A stretch of 64,000 nt of DNA from a virus (taxonomy: Duplodnaviria; Caudoviricetes): positions 1,156 through 65,155 of IMG/VR virus record IMGVR_UViG_3300049191_000067. The stretch is one strand, 5' to 3'. Below, piece after piece: positions 46,225 to 56,771 of the stretch. How positions within the stretch are numbered: position 1 is the stretch's first letter; each line of letters opens with the position of its first letter. The notes below the pieces were generated by a model. It was not told the DNA's origin. It worked only from the letters and a program-made list of their open reading frames with translations, and made no database searches. Both the position numbers and the translations under genes were made by a program.

Positions 46225-46577
46225 GGCTGCCCACCCATCGCGCCGAGCTCGGCCCGCAACGCGGCACCGAGCGACCGGCCAACATCAACCCGCAGCTTTA
46301 CCGAGTCGATCTGCCGACGAATCCCCTTAACGACCTGCTCGCCAGCCTCGGCCGCCAGGCGTTGGACGTGGGTTGCCACGGTCGCCTTGTGCTTACGCGC
46401 TTCGATCGAGCCTTCGGCGGCAAGGAACGCGTTGGCGTAAGCCATCGTGAAGTCCTCGCGCGCCGTCACGGCGTGGCGCTCGGCTGCGTCGATCTGACCT
46501 ACGAGTTCGTCAAGTTGCCGTGCCAGGCGGGACAACTGCAGAGCCACGTCGTTCGGGGTGAGCGTCCGATCTGTCAT
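46221..46577 (-). CDS. Coiled-coil protein, possible recombination mediator
   Basis: Helical protein adjacent to annealing-like gene. Confidence 0.45.
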   Translation of the reverse strand: MTDRTLTPNDVALQLSRLARQLDELVGQIDAAERHAVTAREDFTMAYANAFLAAEGSIEARKHKATVATHVQRLAAEAGEQVVKGIRRQIDSVKLRVDVGRSLGAALRAELGAMGGQP

Positions 46578-47134
46578 GCCGGCACCGCCTCACGGGCAGG
46601 CTGCTTCTCAAGCCACGCCAGATACGCACGCAGTTCATCCTCTGTGCCCTGTCGTGGGTCCTTACCGTTGGTCCGCGAGGCGAAGTCGTTCACCAGGTCG
46701 ACAGGTGTATAGCCGCGCTCCGCACCAGCGGCAACAATCTGCGCCTGCAAGTCCAACTCGGGCTGCGGTTCCTCGCGCTCAGCGCGGCGGTTACGCACCT
46801 CCTCGGCGGACGCAATGCCCTTCTTCGTGTCGGCGGCGAGGGCGGCGACGATGGCCCTACCCCAAGCTGATGTCTCCGCGTTCTGTAACTCCGACCCCTT
46901 GGTGTATGGCGTCTTGCCCGGGAACACCTCCCAGGCCATACCCACACCCGGCAGCGTGTCGTCCTTGTCCCGGTGTGCAGCAGCGACCACGGCGATGTAG
47001 ATCTGCTCTCCTACGTGCTCGATGCTGTAGGGCTTCGCGGGGTCCAGCGGACGTAGCCGACCGTCCGGGTACTTCTCGCGGAACTCCGCGATCCGGGCCG
47101 GGACGTCGTTGTAGTCGCCGAGTTCGTAACCCAT
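46574..47134 (-). CDS. Single-strand annealing (Rad52/Sak-like) protein
   Basis: DYNDVPARIAEFREKYP...NAETSAWGRA. Confidence 0.6.
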   Translation of the reverse strand: MGYELGDYNDVPARIAEFREKYPDGRLRPLDPAKPYSIEHVGEQIYIAVVAAAHRDKDDTLPGVGMAWEVFPGKTPYTKGSELQNAETSAWGRAIVAALAADTKKGIASAEEVRNRRAEREEPQPELDLQAQIVAAGAERGYTPVDLVNDFASRTNGKDPRQGTEDELRAYLAWLEKQPAREAVPA

Positions 47135-47619
47135 CAGGCACCCTCGATTTCAGGCCGGGCAAAGGAGTCGAATGCCTGGGCTAGTACGGCCTCCATCGCC
47201 ACGCGCGCGCGCTCCTTGCCAGCAGGCCTGGCGGTAATCCGCGGACCCTTCGGCTCCAGGGCGTACGTGACGCCAGGCGGGTCGGGCTCGCCACCGGGAG
47301 CACACGGGTGCTTCGCTTCCCGCGTCGCGTTCCGGATGGCCTCGACGAACGCTGGCCGCACTGTCTCCATCAACTCAGTCGGGTAATGCTCACGCACGAA
47401 TGGCAACAGCAGGTCCACGTCAACCTCGACGGTCTCCGCGGCTGCGGGAACGTTGAAGCACGCCAACTCCTCCCCGTTCGGCAGCTTTGGGAACAACGTC
47501 CCCCTGCCCATTGCGGCGGCAGCACGCGCACCGAGATCTCTGGACCTGGCGGAGAGAGCGTCCGCAATGAGGCGACAGGCGACGGCTTCTTCGGCCAGTT
47601 CGACGGGGTTGTCGGCCAC
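47134..47619 (-). CDS. Hypothetical protein
   Basis: Coupled ORF. Confidence 0.55.
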   Translation of the reverse strand: MADNPVELAEEAVACRLIADALSARSRDLGARAAAAMGRGTLFPKLPNGEELACFNVPAAAETVEVDVDLLLPFVREHYPTELMETVRPAFVEAIRNATREAKHPCAPGGEPDPPGVTYALEPKGPRITARPAGKERARVAMEAVLAQAFDSFARPEIEGA

Positions 47620-47622
47620 AGC

Positions 47623-48318
47623 TCACTCCCCCCTGTCCGCAGCATCTGCGGTCCGCTCCGCGAGGCTGTCGGCGGCGATCTCCCGGCGGTCCTCCTTGGC
47701 CACGTCCGCCTTCGCGGCCTTGGCCCGGTCGTACTGGGCGATCCCCCACACGATGGCGTGGCAGGCCCACAGATACCACCAGTAGTAGTCGTCGAAAACC
47801 GCCTCGGAGGCGTCGAACGCGAAGTCCGGAGTGGTCAACGCCCACCGGTTGATCTCGTCGACGAAGTACTTGAACTCGTCCAACGCCTGGCGCGCGTTCA
47901 CCTCGAACGAGATGTCCCACTCCTGGAAGATGTCCCTCTCCACGGCGGCATCCAGGCCGGGAAGGTCATCTCGTGATGCAACGGTCTCCGCAACCCACTC
48001 CCTGAACCGGTCCTCGCTGTACGTCATGGCGCGCTGGGCGCCGTCGGTCAGCTTCTCCGCCCAGTACGAGGGGTTCGGCTCGCCGCGATAGGCGGACATC
48101 CGGAAGAACTCGAACATGTCGTCCATGCGGGCGAACACGAACGACTCCCCGTCACCCCGGAATATCAGCGCGCCCGGGACGGTGATGAGTTCGAACCAGT
48201 ACGCCCAGGACTGCGTGGGCCGGCGGAACGAGAGGTGCCGGTAAAGCCCATCGTCGTGCAGCACCACCATGCAGTGCTCGGCGGTGTCACGCTTGAACCG
48301 CTCGTGGATCTCCGTCAC
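47623..48318 (-). CDS. Conserved-type phage hypothetical protein
   Basis: HDDGLYRHL...YWAEKL...WACHAI.WGI. Confidence 0.65.
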   Translation of the reverse strand: MTEIHERFKRDTAEHCMVVLHDDGLYRHLSFRRPTQSWAYWFELITVPGALIFRGDGESFVFARMDDMFEFFRMSAYRGEPNPSYWAEKLTDGAQRAMTYSEDRFREWVAETVASRDDLPGLDAAVERDIFQEWDISFEVNARQALDEFKYFVDEINRWALTTPDFAFDASEAVFDDYYWWYLWACHAIVWGIAQYDRAKAAKADVAKEDRREIAADSLAERTADAADRGE

Positions 48319-48919
48319 CGCGCACCTCCAGACGTTTGGTCCGCCGTGGACAGCGGCACCCCTGCAACGCTGTCCACGGCAGGAGTAGGGACCCCAGCGG
48401 TCATATCGGTTGGTTGCGACCCGGCCGGGACCGCTGGGGCGTCGGTGGGAACGCCAAGGGCATTGGCTATGACCCAGTGGACATCAGCCAATGCCGCGCT
48501 GTACCCCGCACTCAGCCATGCCGAACTGGGACCCCTGGCCGGGTCAAGGGGTGGAATATCAAGCACGGACCGGAGCGCGTCGAGCAGGCCGCCGGTTGCG
48601 CATTCGCATTGTCCGTCACAACAGCGCTTGTGAATAACAGCCGGACACCAGTCCTCGTGACCGTTCAGGTCAAGCCGCTCCCGGATGCGGGCCGCGATGT
48701 CCTCGTTCATGACGACACCGCCATCGCGTACCGCTTGACGGTCTCCCCGTCCTTGAGGAACCACACGCCATCGCGCTCCCGATCGGGGCCGATCTCCACG
48801 GACCCGAGACGAAGTCCGTCCGGTGTGCGCTCGCCGTCGACTGGCGCGAAGTCTTCCCAGCGGTCGCCTACCGCGATGAAGATGCGGATGTAGTCGCGCG
48901 CACGCTCAATGTCCGTCAC
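48315..48919 (-). CDS. Two hypothetical ORFs (48315-48710, 48707-48919)
   Basis: Coupled overlaps. Confidence 0.5.
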
Positions 48920-49287
48920 CTGTCAATCTCCACCCTCAACCAAAGCCGACGCTTCCCCGGCCCGTTGTGAATCCGTGGCATAACTTCCGTGACATAGCCG
49001 TCGTGGTCATCGCTGACGACCCGTGCGTCGACCAGACCGTCGATGGCCGGCTTGCTCGTCGCTGTCAGGTTGGGGGCGTCTCGTCGGCGGTTGTCGCCAG
49101 TGGCGTAGTGGAGCTGGGCGATGACGTGCCGACAGCCGGAGGGCACCCCGGCCTCTTTCGCCCGCCACGCCGCAGCCTTTCGTACCGCAGCAACCCTCCG
49201 CGCCTTCTCCATGTGGTGCAGGCGTTGGTTGTGGGTGAGCGGTGGCTTGCCGCGCAGTAGCGGCAATTCGAGTTCGTAGACGCTCAC
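48916..49287 (-). CDS. RusA-like Holliday junction resolvase
   Basis: RRRDAPNL...KPAIDGLVDARVVSDD. Confidence 0.7.
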   Translation of the reverse strand: MSVYELELPLLRGKPPLTHNQRLHHMEKARRVAAVRKAAAWRAKEAGVPSGCRHVIAQLHYATGDNRRRDAPNLTATSKPAIDGLVDARVVSDDHDGYVTEVMPRIHNGPGKRRLWLRVEIDR

Positions 49288-52144
49288 AGCATCTCCCGCA
49301 TCTGCTCGGGCATCGCGTCGTAGGAAGCCTGGAACGGATCACGGATGACGCCGAGTTCGCGCCCTACCGTCCAGACGAACTTCCGATGGCAGTCCCACCA
49401 ACCGGCGGTCAGTGCGTCGTACTCGCCGGTGTCGTCGTCGAGTTCGCGCCCCGGTGGACGCAGGTCGAGCGCCTTGAGTAAGCCGCTGATGAGGTCATCG
49501 GCCATGCCGCACGGGTTGTCGCTGAGGAGCCGGTTCCGAACGGCTTCGGTCACGGGGTCACTCATCTCGGCCCCGGTCGGCGTTACGCGCCTGGACTTCG
49601 TGGATGATCTGGTCGCAGGTTCCGTGGGCATCCCGCAGCGTCAGCACCACGCCAGCGCCGATCATGGCGCCGGCCACGATCAGGGCCAGAACAGTTGCGA
49701 GGACTGGCTTGACCACGGCCAGCGTCAGCAGGAACACCGTCACCGCGGCATACCACTCGGTGTGCCGGTAGGACCACTCAGCGACCGGGCTAGACGCGGC
49801 GTGGCTGTAGACAGCCAGCAGGGCCTCACCGTGGGCGGGCTCGGGATGTTCGGAATGGACGGTCACAGCACACCGCTCTCAAAGTCCTTGCGTACCAGTT
49901 CGATTCCATGCACAGCGGCGTAGACGTGCACCCCGATCACCGCGGTGTACTCCAGCGGGTGCCGGGCGATCACGTCCTTGATCAGTGCGACGGCCTCGGC
50001 GAGCGCGGCCCGGTCGTGCTGGGTGAGGGTGGGCAGCGACGTCACTTGCCACCCCCCAGGTCTCGCAACTCCTTGTTGGGGTCCTCGCGGTGTCCCTTAC
50101 CCAGGATCACGTCCGCGGCCTTGTCGAGGACCTTCTTGACGACGCCCACCTATGCCACCGCCCCGGCCATCAACTCGCGCGCCATCTCCCCGCATCCCGA
50201 GGGAACCGGGTCTACGCCGCCGTGCCACTTCAGTCGCATCGCGACAATCAGCCGGCCCAACGGGATCGAGGCGTAGCCCTCACGCCAGTGATCCACCAAT
50301 TCGGTGTAGAGGCTGCCGAACACCCAGCCGCCGCACAGCCGGACCATGAAGGCGCTGAGGGCTCCGCAGTGCCAGCACAGCCTGTGGGTGCTCCACGCGT
50401 CTTCCCACAGACCCCGGATGTGGACGTACTTCTCGCCAACCTTGATGTCGCGCCAGCACTCCGTGCAGAGGTGTACCTTCCGGGCAACTCGGTGAGCCTC
50501 GTCGTATACCTGCGGCGGAGGGCAGTCGTCAACGGAGCACATCACTGATCACTCCTCAGCCAAACCTCGAGCTCCACCCCGGCATCGGTGATCTGCTCCA
50601 TGCGGATCGCCTCCGCCTCCGTGGTACCCCGCATCTCGTAGGCGTCCAGGAAGTTGCGGTACATCACGGAGATGGTGCGCAGCAGATCCCCCAACGGCCC
50701 GGGGATGTGCTGGACCTTGCACCCCAGTTCAGCACGGAGCCGGTCATGGTCCACCCCCTCGGCGAGGGTGTCTTCCAGTGCTGCCTGCATGTCCGGCGGA
50801 ATCCAGTCGACGGGCTCGGTCATCAGAACCCCCCGCGGTGCTCGTCGATAGCCGCGATGAACAGCACGACGAAACCCACGATCCCAATGAGGACGATGAT
50901 CCCCACCATCACGGCAGCGAAGACCTCCAGGAATCCGGTCATGGCGTCACACCACCAACGGCAGCGATCACCAAGACGGTGACCATGAACGCCCGGGAGA
51001 TCGCCGTCATGACAGCGATGGACGGCGTGTACCGCAGGACCTTCCCCGTGTAGCCGATGACGACCAGGGCGTCGAGGGCCAGCAGCGCGGCGATGACCCA
51101 CAGGAGGATGCTCATGGCTTCACCCCCACAGCAAGTCTGGCCCGGACCTTCTTGGACGGACGTTGCGGACCGGCATCACGTCTGAACTGACGGCGCCTCT
51201 CAGGCAACGTCAACGCATTGCGGGCCTCAGCCTCGGCGCGCTTCTTCTCGCGGACGCGGCGCATGCCGCCCCTGCCCATGGGTCCGTGGAATCTGCTCAC
51301 GGGTTCACCGCCTTGGCCTCAGCAGCGAGCTGCTCGGCACGGTCAGCGGCGGCCAGCAGCGCCGCCGCGCGAGTTCGGGCAAGGCCAGGCGAAAGGCAGG
51401 CCATGCCCATGTCAACTCCTGCTTGCCCGTCCTCCCAGTACGCTTCGACATCGAGGCCGGGGTCGATCGCCCACCGGTAGACGTTGCCGTTGCGGTCATC
51501 CGGTTCGGGTAGTGGGACCACGGCAACCTGCTGGCGGGCGAGCCGGTCGGCGGCGTCGTCCAGGCTCGGCCATTTGCCGTCGCCTGCCGAGTCGGACAGG
51601 ATGCGGAGCAGGCTCGCCGCGTACCGAATGGCCGGTTGAGGGTGGCCGGTCACCCGCTCCCGTTCGTCGGCGTCGTCGGCGGCGAAGGTCGCCACCCGAG
51701 CGAAGGCGTCTCGTATGGCTTCGTTGACGGTCATGCCGTCACCTGCTCCCCATCCAGCACAGCCAGCAGCGCCTCGGCGGGCACCTCGACCTGACCCCCC
51801 GGGGACACCGGGATCTGCAGGGCAGCACCCAACTCGTAGGCGCCCCGCTGGGTGATGAACATCTCGATTTTTGCGTCGAATCCGCCGAACTCGAACACCG
51901 CGCGCAGGTAGCCGGACGAGGACATGTCGATAACGACGGGGACGCCGAATGCCTTCGCCCACTGGGCCAATACGACTTTGCCACCATGTCGATGCCACTT
52001 GGGGCACAGGTAGACCGAGCCGTTCTGGTCCACTGACACCGATTCCATCGGCGGCAGGTGCTCGAACTCGGCGAGCACATCCGCCACCCGGGCCAGCTTG
52101 CGGGCCAGATCTCCGTTGCTTCCGGTACGATCTCTCTCAGCCAC
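49284..52144 (-). CDS. Run of about 11 small early ORFs (49284-49565, 49558-49866, 49863-50045, 50042-50149, 50150-50545, 50542-50823, 50823-50942, 50939-51115, 51112-51300, 51297-51734, 51731-52144), three membrane-type
   Basis: Continuous start/stop-coupled chain; functions not recognised. Confidence 0.55.
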
Positions 52145-52301
52145 GGGAACTCCTCTCGTGTTGGTTCCGTGGTGGCGGGTCGGTCGGGGAATGACTGGCC
52201 CGCCTTTTCATGTCAGTAGGCGGGGCGAAACAGCCCGCGCAGGGTCACTCCCGCGATGCCCGGCCAGTCGATCGCGCACAGGGCGACGAAGACCAGCAGC
52301 A

Positions 52302-52541
52302 TCACGCCGACCTCACAGGAGCAAGCCGGCGAGCCCCGCGCGCCGGCGCACCGCCGCACAACCACGCATCCAGATCGTCGCGATGGAACAGCAGCTTGCA
52401 GTTCACGTCTCGCTGTGCATGGCGCAAACCTCGCTTGCCGCCCGACCGGCGATACTCGGTCGCGGCTGCACGTAGGGTGCGTTCACCCGACCGGGAGTAG
52501 GTGACGGCCTCGGCGAGCGTCAGCCACGGGGTCTCGGTCAT
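52302..52541 (-). CDS. Excisionase-like HTH protein
   Basis: WLTLAEAVTY...FHRDDLDAWL. Confidence 0.75.
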   Translation of the reverse strand: MTETPWLTLAEAVTYSRSGERTLRAAATEYRRSGGKRGLRHAQRDVNCKLLFHRDDLDAWLCGGAPARGARRLAPVRSA

Positions 52542-52918
52542 GCCGCACGCCCAGCCGGACGCTTCGGACCGGTACCGCCGCCGTTCTCTCGACGCTTGGG
52601 CCCGGTTGTCTCTTTTTTCACCTCTGCATCCCCGTCGCCCTCGCCCTCGCCGCCGGCCGCCAGAAACTCGGGCAGTGCGGTGCCCGGTGCGACGAGATCC
52701 GGTACTGCGATTGCCTTGCCGAGCTGCCCAGTTGCCGTGCTCAGCAGCCGCACCCGTCCCCAGCGGATGGGGTCCCGACCTCGCGTGGGATCCGGGCCAC
52801 CCAGCACGGCGTTCTTGATCGTCATCGCGGGGATGCCGGTCGCAGCCGCAAGGTCGCGGACCGACTTGTCGTGGTCGACGAGCCAGCGCTGGACCCGGGG
52901 CTTGTTCAGGTAGGGCAT
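52538..52918 (-). CDS. Cro-like HTH protein
   Basis: SVRDLAAATGIPAMTIKN; first gene after leftward promoter. Confidence 0.65.
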   Translation of the reverse strand: MPYLNKPRVQRWLVDHDKSVRDLAAATGIPAMTIKNAVLGGPDPTRGRDPIRWGRVRLLSTATGQLGKAIAVPDLVAPGTALPEFLAAGGEGEGDGDAEVKKETTGPKRRENGGGTGPKRPAGRAA

Positions 52919-52921
52919 GTG

Positions 52922-53114
52922 GCGGAGTCTGCTCAACTCCGCCTATATTGTCAAGCGGAGTTAGGCAGGTAGGGACTTATGGCCTTGCGTGTACGCCAAT
53001 GTCTGCCGTACTCTGCTACTTATGCGGCTGATTGCGGGGGCGTACCGACGGAGACTTCGGCGGAAAAGAAGGATGAGGCGTGCACTCTGCGATGACGGTC
53101 TGCCAAACTCTGCT
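52922..53114. promoter_or_regulatory. Immunity switch: leftward promoter and repeated operators
   Basis: Minus TTGACA (52954-49)-17 nt-CAGACT (52931-26); GTCTGC-N3-ACTCYGC at 52927, 53001, 53098. Confidence 0.75.
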
Positions 53115-53117
53115 GAC

Positions 53118-53612
53118 ATGGGACCGCGTAAGCGACGCACCACGCAGTATTCAGAAGAAGCCCGTAAGCGCCTTGGGGACGCGGTGGCCACCGCCAGGCG
53201 CGCCGCCGGCCATCGATGGCGGACCGGCTTCCTTGCCGAGGCCAACATCGGTCGGCGAAGCCTGGACGCCGTCGAGCGGGGCGAGCCGGGTATCGGGGCC
53301 ACCGTGCTGGAAGAGATAGGTCGCGCACTGGGCCGGCACCACGCCGGCTGGAGCGAGGACACACCGTGGGTGATCCTCGAGGGCGGACCGGCGCCGGAGG
53401 TCCAGTCGGTGCCCCGGACGCTCCGGCCTGACCCTCGGGTGTCACCGGTCCTCACCGCCCACCCCGACGACCCAGCGTTCTGGATCGCGCTGCGGGACGA
53501 GGTCCGGCCAGAGCAGTTCGACGAACTGTGGAAGCTCTATCTGGAGAAGCGCGAAGCGCGACGGTTGTTGGCGGAGCGTGACTTCAAAGAGGGTCACCCC
53601 TCAAATGGGTGA
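53118..53612 (+). CDS. Immunity repressor (XRE-like HTH)
   Basis: Divergent from cro; RLGDAVATARRAAG...IGRRSLDAVERG. Confidence 0.7.
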   Translation: MGPRKRRTTQYSEEARKRLGDAVATARRAAGHRWRTGFLAEANIGRRSLDAVERGEPGIGATVLEEIGRALGRHHAGWSEDTPWVILEGGPAPEVQSVPRTLRPDPRVSPVLTAHPDDPAFWIALRDEVRPEQFDELWKLYLEKREARRLLAERDFKEGHPSNG

Positions 53613-53733
53613 GTGGTTTGTAACAGAAGCGCAACAACTGGTAACCCCAGGTCAAAGCGATGCGAAGGTCCAAGCATCCTCCGGGAGGCCTAGACCTAGC
53701 CGCCCATCAACCCACATCGAAGGGTGGCGCCCC

Positions 53734-54021
53734 ATGAGTTCCCACTCCGGAAAATACTCACTGTCCGTAATCTGTCCTCTTGTCGTCGTCATCGTGGGTT
53801 GCGCACTGGGGGCCGTGCACCCCGTGGCAGCCGCCCGGCACATCGGCTGGGCCGTCGGCATCGTCGGGCTGGCGGTCCTGATCGCCGAGGCCGTTGCACT
53901 GGGGCGAGAGATCCTGCTCGACCTGAGCGAGTTCCGCGTCCAGTACATGCACCAGATCGCGACCGGGATCATCGAGTACACCGGTGACATCCAGCACGAG
54001 TGGAAGCACCTCAACCGATGA
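53734..54021 (+). CDS. 2-TM membrane protein
   Basis: Two hydrophobic segments; between repressor and integrase. Confidence 0.55.
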   Translation: MSSHSGKYSLSVICPLVVVIVGCALGAVHPVAAARHIGWAVGIVGLAVLIAEAVALGREILLDLSEFRVQYMHQIATGIIEYTGDIQHEWKHLNR

Positions 54022-54032
54022 GAGGCTAGTCA

Positions 54033-55286
54033 GTGGCGTGGGCAGAGCGGATCTCCGGCAGCAAGTCGTGGCGGGGCGGCTGGCGTACCCCAGACAACAA
54101 GAAGCACCACACCAGCCGCCGGACCCACCCCGAACACCCGTACGCCCGCAAGACTGACGCCTTGCAGGCCGCGCGCGAGGCAGAGGTTCGGGCGCAGCGG
54201 CAAGCTTCAGTGGAAGCGGGCGTGCTGGCGGCGACCATCACCTGGGGTGAGTGGTGGGACGTGATCGCGCCGAGCCGCTCCCGTGAGGACTCGAACACTG
54301 ATGGTGTAGAGCAGCGCATTGTTGATCGCTACCTACGCCCTCAGTGGGGCGGCGAGCCGCTCAACCGGATCGGGCACAAGGCCGTGCAACGTTGGGTCAA
54401 CGCTCTCCGCGACGGGATGGCGGCCGGATGGACGCACCGACGCAAGCCGGAGCCCAGCTACGTACTGCGGATCTACGCGGTGTTCCGCGCCAGCTTCCAG
54501 CGCGCCATGGACGACGAGGTGCTCTCCGCGTCGCCGTGCGCCGGCGTTCGTCTACCGACGTTGCGGAGAAAGCGCAAGCAGCATCTCACGGTTGACGAGT
54601 CCGCCACGATCGGGGCGAAGCTTCGACAGGACTACCGTGACGCTGTCGACTTCGCCCTCGAGACCGGGTTGCGGCCGAGTGAGTTGTGCGGGCTGCACGT
54701 GCACCGCGTTGATCAACGGCGTCGGGTCATCGAGGTGTGCGAGGTCTACGTCAATCGCAAGTGGGTAATCCGGGGGTTCCCGAAAGACAAGGATGCCCGA
54801 TTGGTACCGCTCACCTCTCGAGCTGTAGAGATTTTGTCACGGCGTATCGAGGGCCGTGACTTGTCGGGTGGATGCGGGGTTCATCACACCGACGGGTCCG
54901 AATGCGGCAGCGCGTTGGTGTTTCTCACCGACCGCGGTCGGCCCATGAAACCCGAGGAAATCACCACGCGGATGAAGTACGCCGCGAAGGCTCACGGTGT
55001 TCCGCGGCGCACGGCCTACGCGCCCCGGCGCGGCTACGCAACCCGGCTCGCCGACGGCGGGGTGAACCCCGTGCGCGGAGCCGAAGTGATGGGACACGCC
55101 ACAGTGGACCAGTTCCGGGAGTACGTCCAAGAGACCGCCGCCGCCCACGCCTCCGTGCTCGCGGCGCTCGGTGAGCAGCAGCCCCTGGCGGTCGTTCCTG
55201 GGGCAAACTGGGGCAGCGCTGGGGCAGACCCTGCGAAACAGCCTGCCGGAGGCAACCGGATCGAAAGGGCGGAAGATGCCGTCTGA
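54033..55286 (+). CDS. int: Tyrosine integrase
   Basis: TGLRPSEL (R), PKDK (K), YAPR in place of HxLR, MGH, EY. Confidence 0.93.
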   Translation: MAWAERISGSKSWRGGWRTPDNKKHHTSRRTHPEHPYARKTDALQAAREAEVRAQRQASVEAGVLAATITWGEWWDVIAPSRSREDSNTDGVEQRIVDRYLRPQWGGEPLNRIGHKAVQRWVNALRDGMAAGWTHRRKPEPSYVLRIYAVFRASFQRAMDDEVLSASPCAGVRLPTLRRKRKQHLTVDESATIGAKLRQDYRDAVDFALETGLRPSELCGLHVHRVDQRRRVIEVCEVYVNRKWVIRGFPKDKDARLVPLTSRAVEILSRRIEGRDLSGGCGVHHTDGSECGSALVFLTDRGRPMKPEEITTRMKYAAKAHGVPRRTAYAPRRGYATRLADGGVNPVRGAEVMGHATVDQFREYVQETAAAHASVLAALGEQQPLAVVPGANWGSAGADPAKQPAGGNRIERAEDAV

Positions 55287-55438
55287 CCAGCACGAACGGC
55301 AACAAACTGCCGGACCCTGCCGGAGCGAGCCGGAAACCGAAACCCGCAGGTCAGCTATGGCCGTGCACATCACCCGCGTGCACGGCCAACAGGCTCTGAT
55401 CTGCGTCTACCTCATGATCCAGGGGCGTCACAGGGGCA
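55198..55438. other. attP-like site: arm repeats flanking a palindromic core
   Basis: CTGGGGCA at 55198, 55208, 55219; TGGCCGTGCAC-N9-GTGCACGGCCA at 55358-55388; CAGGGGC at 55420, 55431. Confidence 0.6.
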
Positions 55439-55457
55439 GACTTGCGGATGTGACCCC

Positions 55458-56102
55458 GTGAGGCCCCGCCTGCTGGATCTGTTCTGTGGCGCTGGCGGAG
55501 CGGCCACCGGCTATCACCGCGCGGGCTTCGACGTGGTGGGGGTCGACATCCGACCGCAGCCCCGCTACCCGTTCGAGGTTCACCGGGGCGACGCGCTGGA
55601 GTTCCTCGCCGAGCACGGCCACGAGTTCGACGCCATCCACGCCAGCCCGCCGTGTCACGACCACTCGACGCTGTCGGCGCGCTCCGGCAAGGACGGCACG
55701 GGGTGGCTGCTCGACGCCACCCGCCAGGCTCTCGCGCCGCACCCGGTGACGGTCATCGAGAACACGCCGGGCGCCGGGATGCGGGCGGATCTGACTCTGT
55801 GTGGCGGCATGTTCGGGCTCCGCACCTACCGCCACCGGTGGTTCGAGATCGCGGGCCCACTGATGCTGGCCGCGTCACCACACCCCCGTCACCGCATCAG
55901 GACCAGCGCCAAGAAGCGCCGTGCCTGCTGGGATGTTGGTATGCATGTGTCCGTCACGGGCGACGTGAGCACCTACGTGGGCCGATTGGCGATGGGCATC
56001 GACTGGATGACGAGCGCCGAACTGTCACAGGCCATCCCCCCCGTTTACACCGAGTACATCGGCGCCCAGCTTCTGGATCACCTCAGGGAGGCTGCGGCAT
56101 GA
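55458..56102 (+). CDS. DNA cytosine-5 methyltransferase (short phage type)
   Basis: LLDLFCGAGG; HASPPC; VIEN. Confidence 0.9.
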   Translation: MRPRLLDLFCGAGGAATGYHRAGFDVVGVDIRPQPRYPFEVHRGDALEFLAEHGHEFDAIHASPPCHDHSTLSARSGKDGTGWLLDATRQALAPHPVTVIENTPGAGMRADLTLCGGMFGLRTYRHRWFEIAGPLMLAASPHPRHRIRTSAKKRRACWDVGMHVSVTGDVSTYVGRLAMGIDWMTSAELSQAIPPVYTEYIGAQLLDHLREAAA

Positions 56103-56186
56103 CGTCACTCGCCCTCCCGGTCCTTCACGTACCGGAGGTAGACCTCATGGGGTATGAGCACGGCGGGGCTATTCAGTTGGCCGCGG

Positions 56187-56221
56187 TTGACTTCCGCGCA
56201 ACATGCGCGTAGGTTGCGGAT
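56187..56221 (+). promoter_or_regulatory. Sigma70-type promoter, probably leaderless
   Basis: TTGACT-17 nt-TAGGTT, ATG 6 nt later; CGCGCA-ACA-TGCGCG palindrome in spacer. Confidence 0.75.
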
Positions 56222-56590
56222 ATGACGAGCACGGGCCACGACGCCATCAGCGCCGCCACGATCGCGTCACTCAGGGAGCACGGAGATCTGTCCGGGCTTA
56301 GCGACCAGGTACTCGCTGCCGCGCTCCGCGCGTACGGCCGGACCGCGGAGGTCATGGGCGCGAACGGTGTTGACGAGGTTCGCTACATCGACGAGCTCTA
56401 CCGCCGCTCGCCGGTCCTCAGCGTCTTGCACCACGTGATGCGCGAGGCTACGGACGCCGAGTTGGCCGCGCGGCCCTTCGACCCGATGGCCCTGCCCAGC
56501 GCGACCTCGCCGGCGGCGGTGCGAGTGCGAGAGATCCACGACAAGGCCGTCGCCAAGTGGATCGCCGACCCAGCCGAGTTCCATGGCTGA
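56222..56590 (+). CDS. Hypothetical protein
   Basis: First ORF after promoter. Confidence 0.6.
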   Translation: MTSTGHDAISAATIASLREHGDLSGLSDQVLAAALRAYGRTAEVMGANGVDEVRYIDELYRRSPVLSVLHHVMREATDAELAARPFDPMALPSATSPAAVRVREIHDKAVAKWIADPAEFHG

Positions 56591-56768
56591 CGATCAACTG
56601 TGGAGCATCACCCAGGTGGCCGAGTATTTCGGCGTGTCTGAGAGTCGGGCACGCCACATCGTCGCCGACAACGGCGTCGAGCGCGTGGCGGGCTACCCGG
56701 CCACATTGATCCGTGCCATCAAACGTCCGGGGCAAGGGGCACGGACCGACCTACGAAAGAAGGACTGA
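56583..56768 (+). CDS. Small HTH DNA-binding protein
   Basis: WSITQVAEYFGVSESRAR...RPGQGARTDL. Confidence 0.75.
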   Translation: MADDQLWSITQVAEYFGVSESRARHIVADNGVERVAGYPATLIRAIKRPGQGARTDLRKKD

Positions 56769-56771
56769 CCG

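Noticed and set aside
27903-52209. Shared GCCCGCCTTTT at about 27903 and 52199
   Set aside because: Only two 11-bp copies; the second is part of an ordinary terminator-like hairpin.
54990-55130. Integrase HxLR motif reads YAPR
   Set aside because: This His is variable among tyrosine recombinases and the other catalytic residues are present, so not called inactive.
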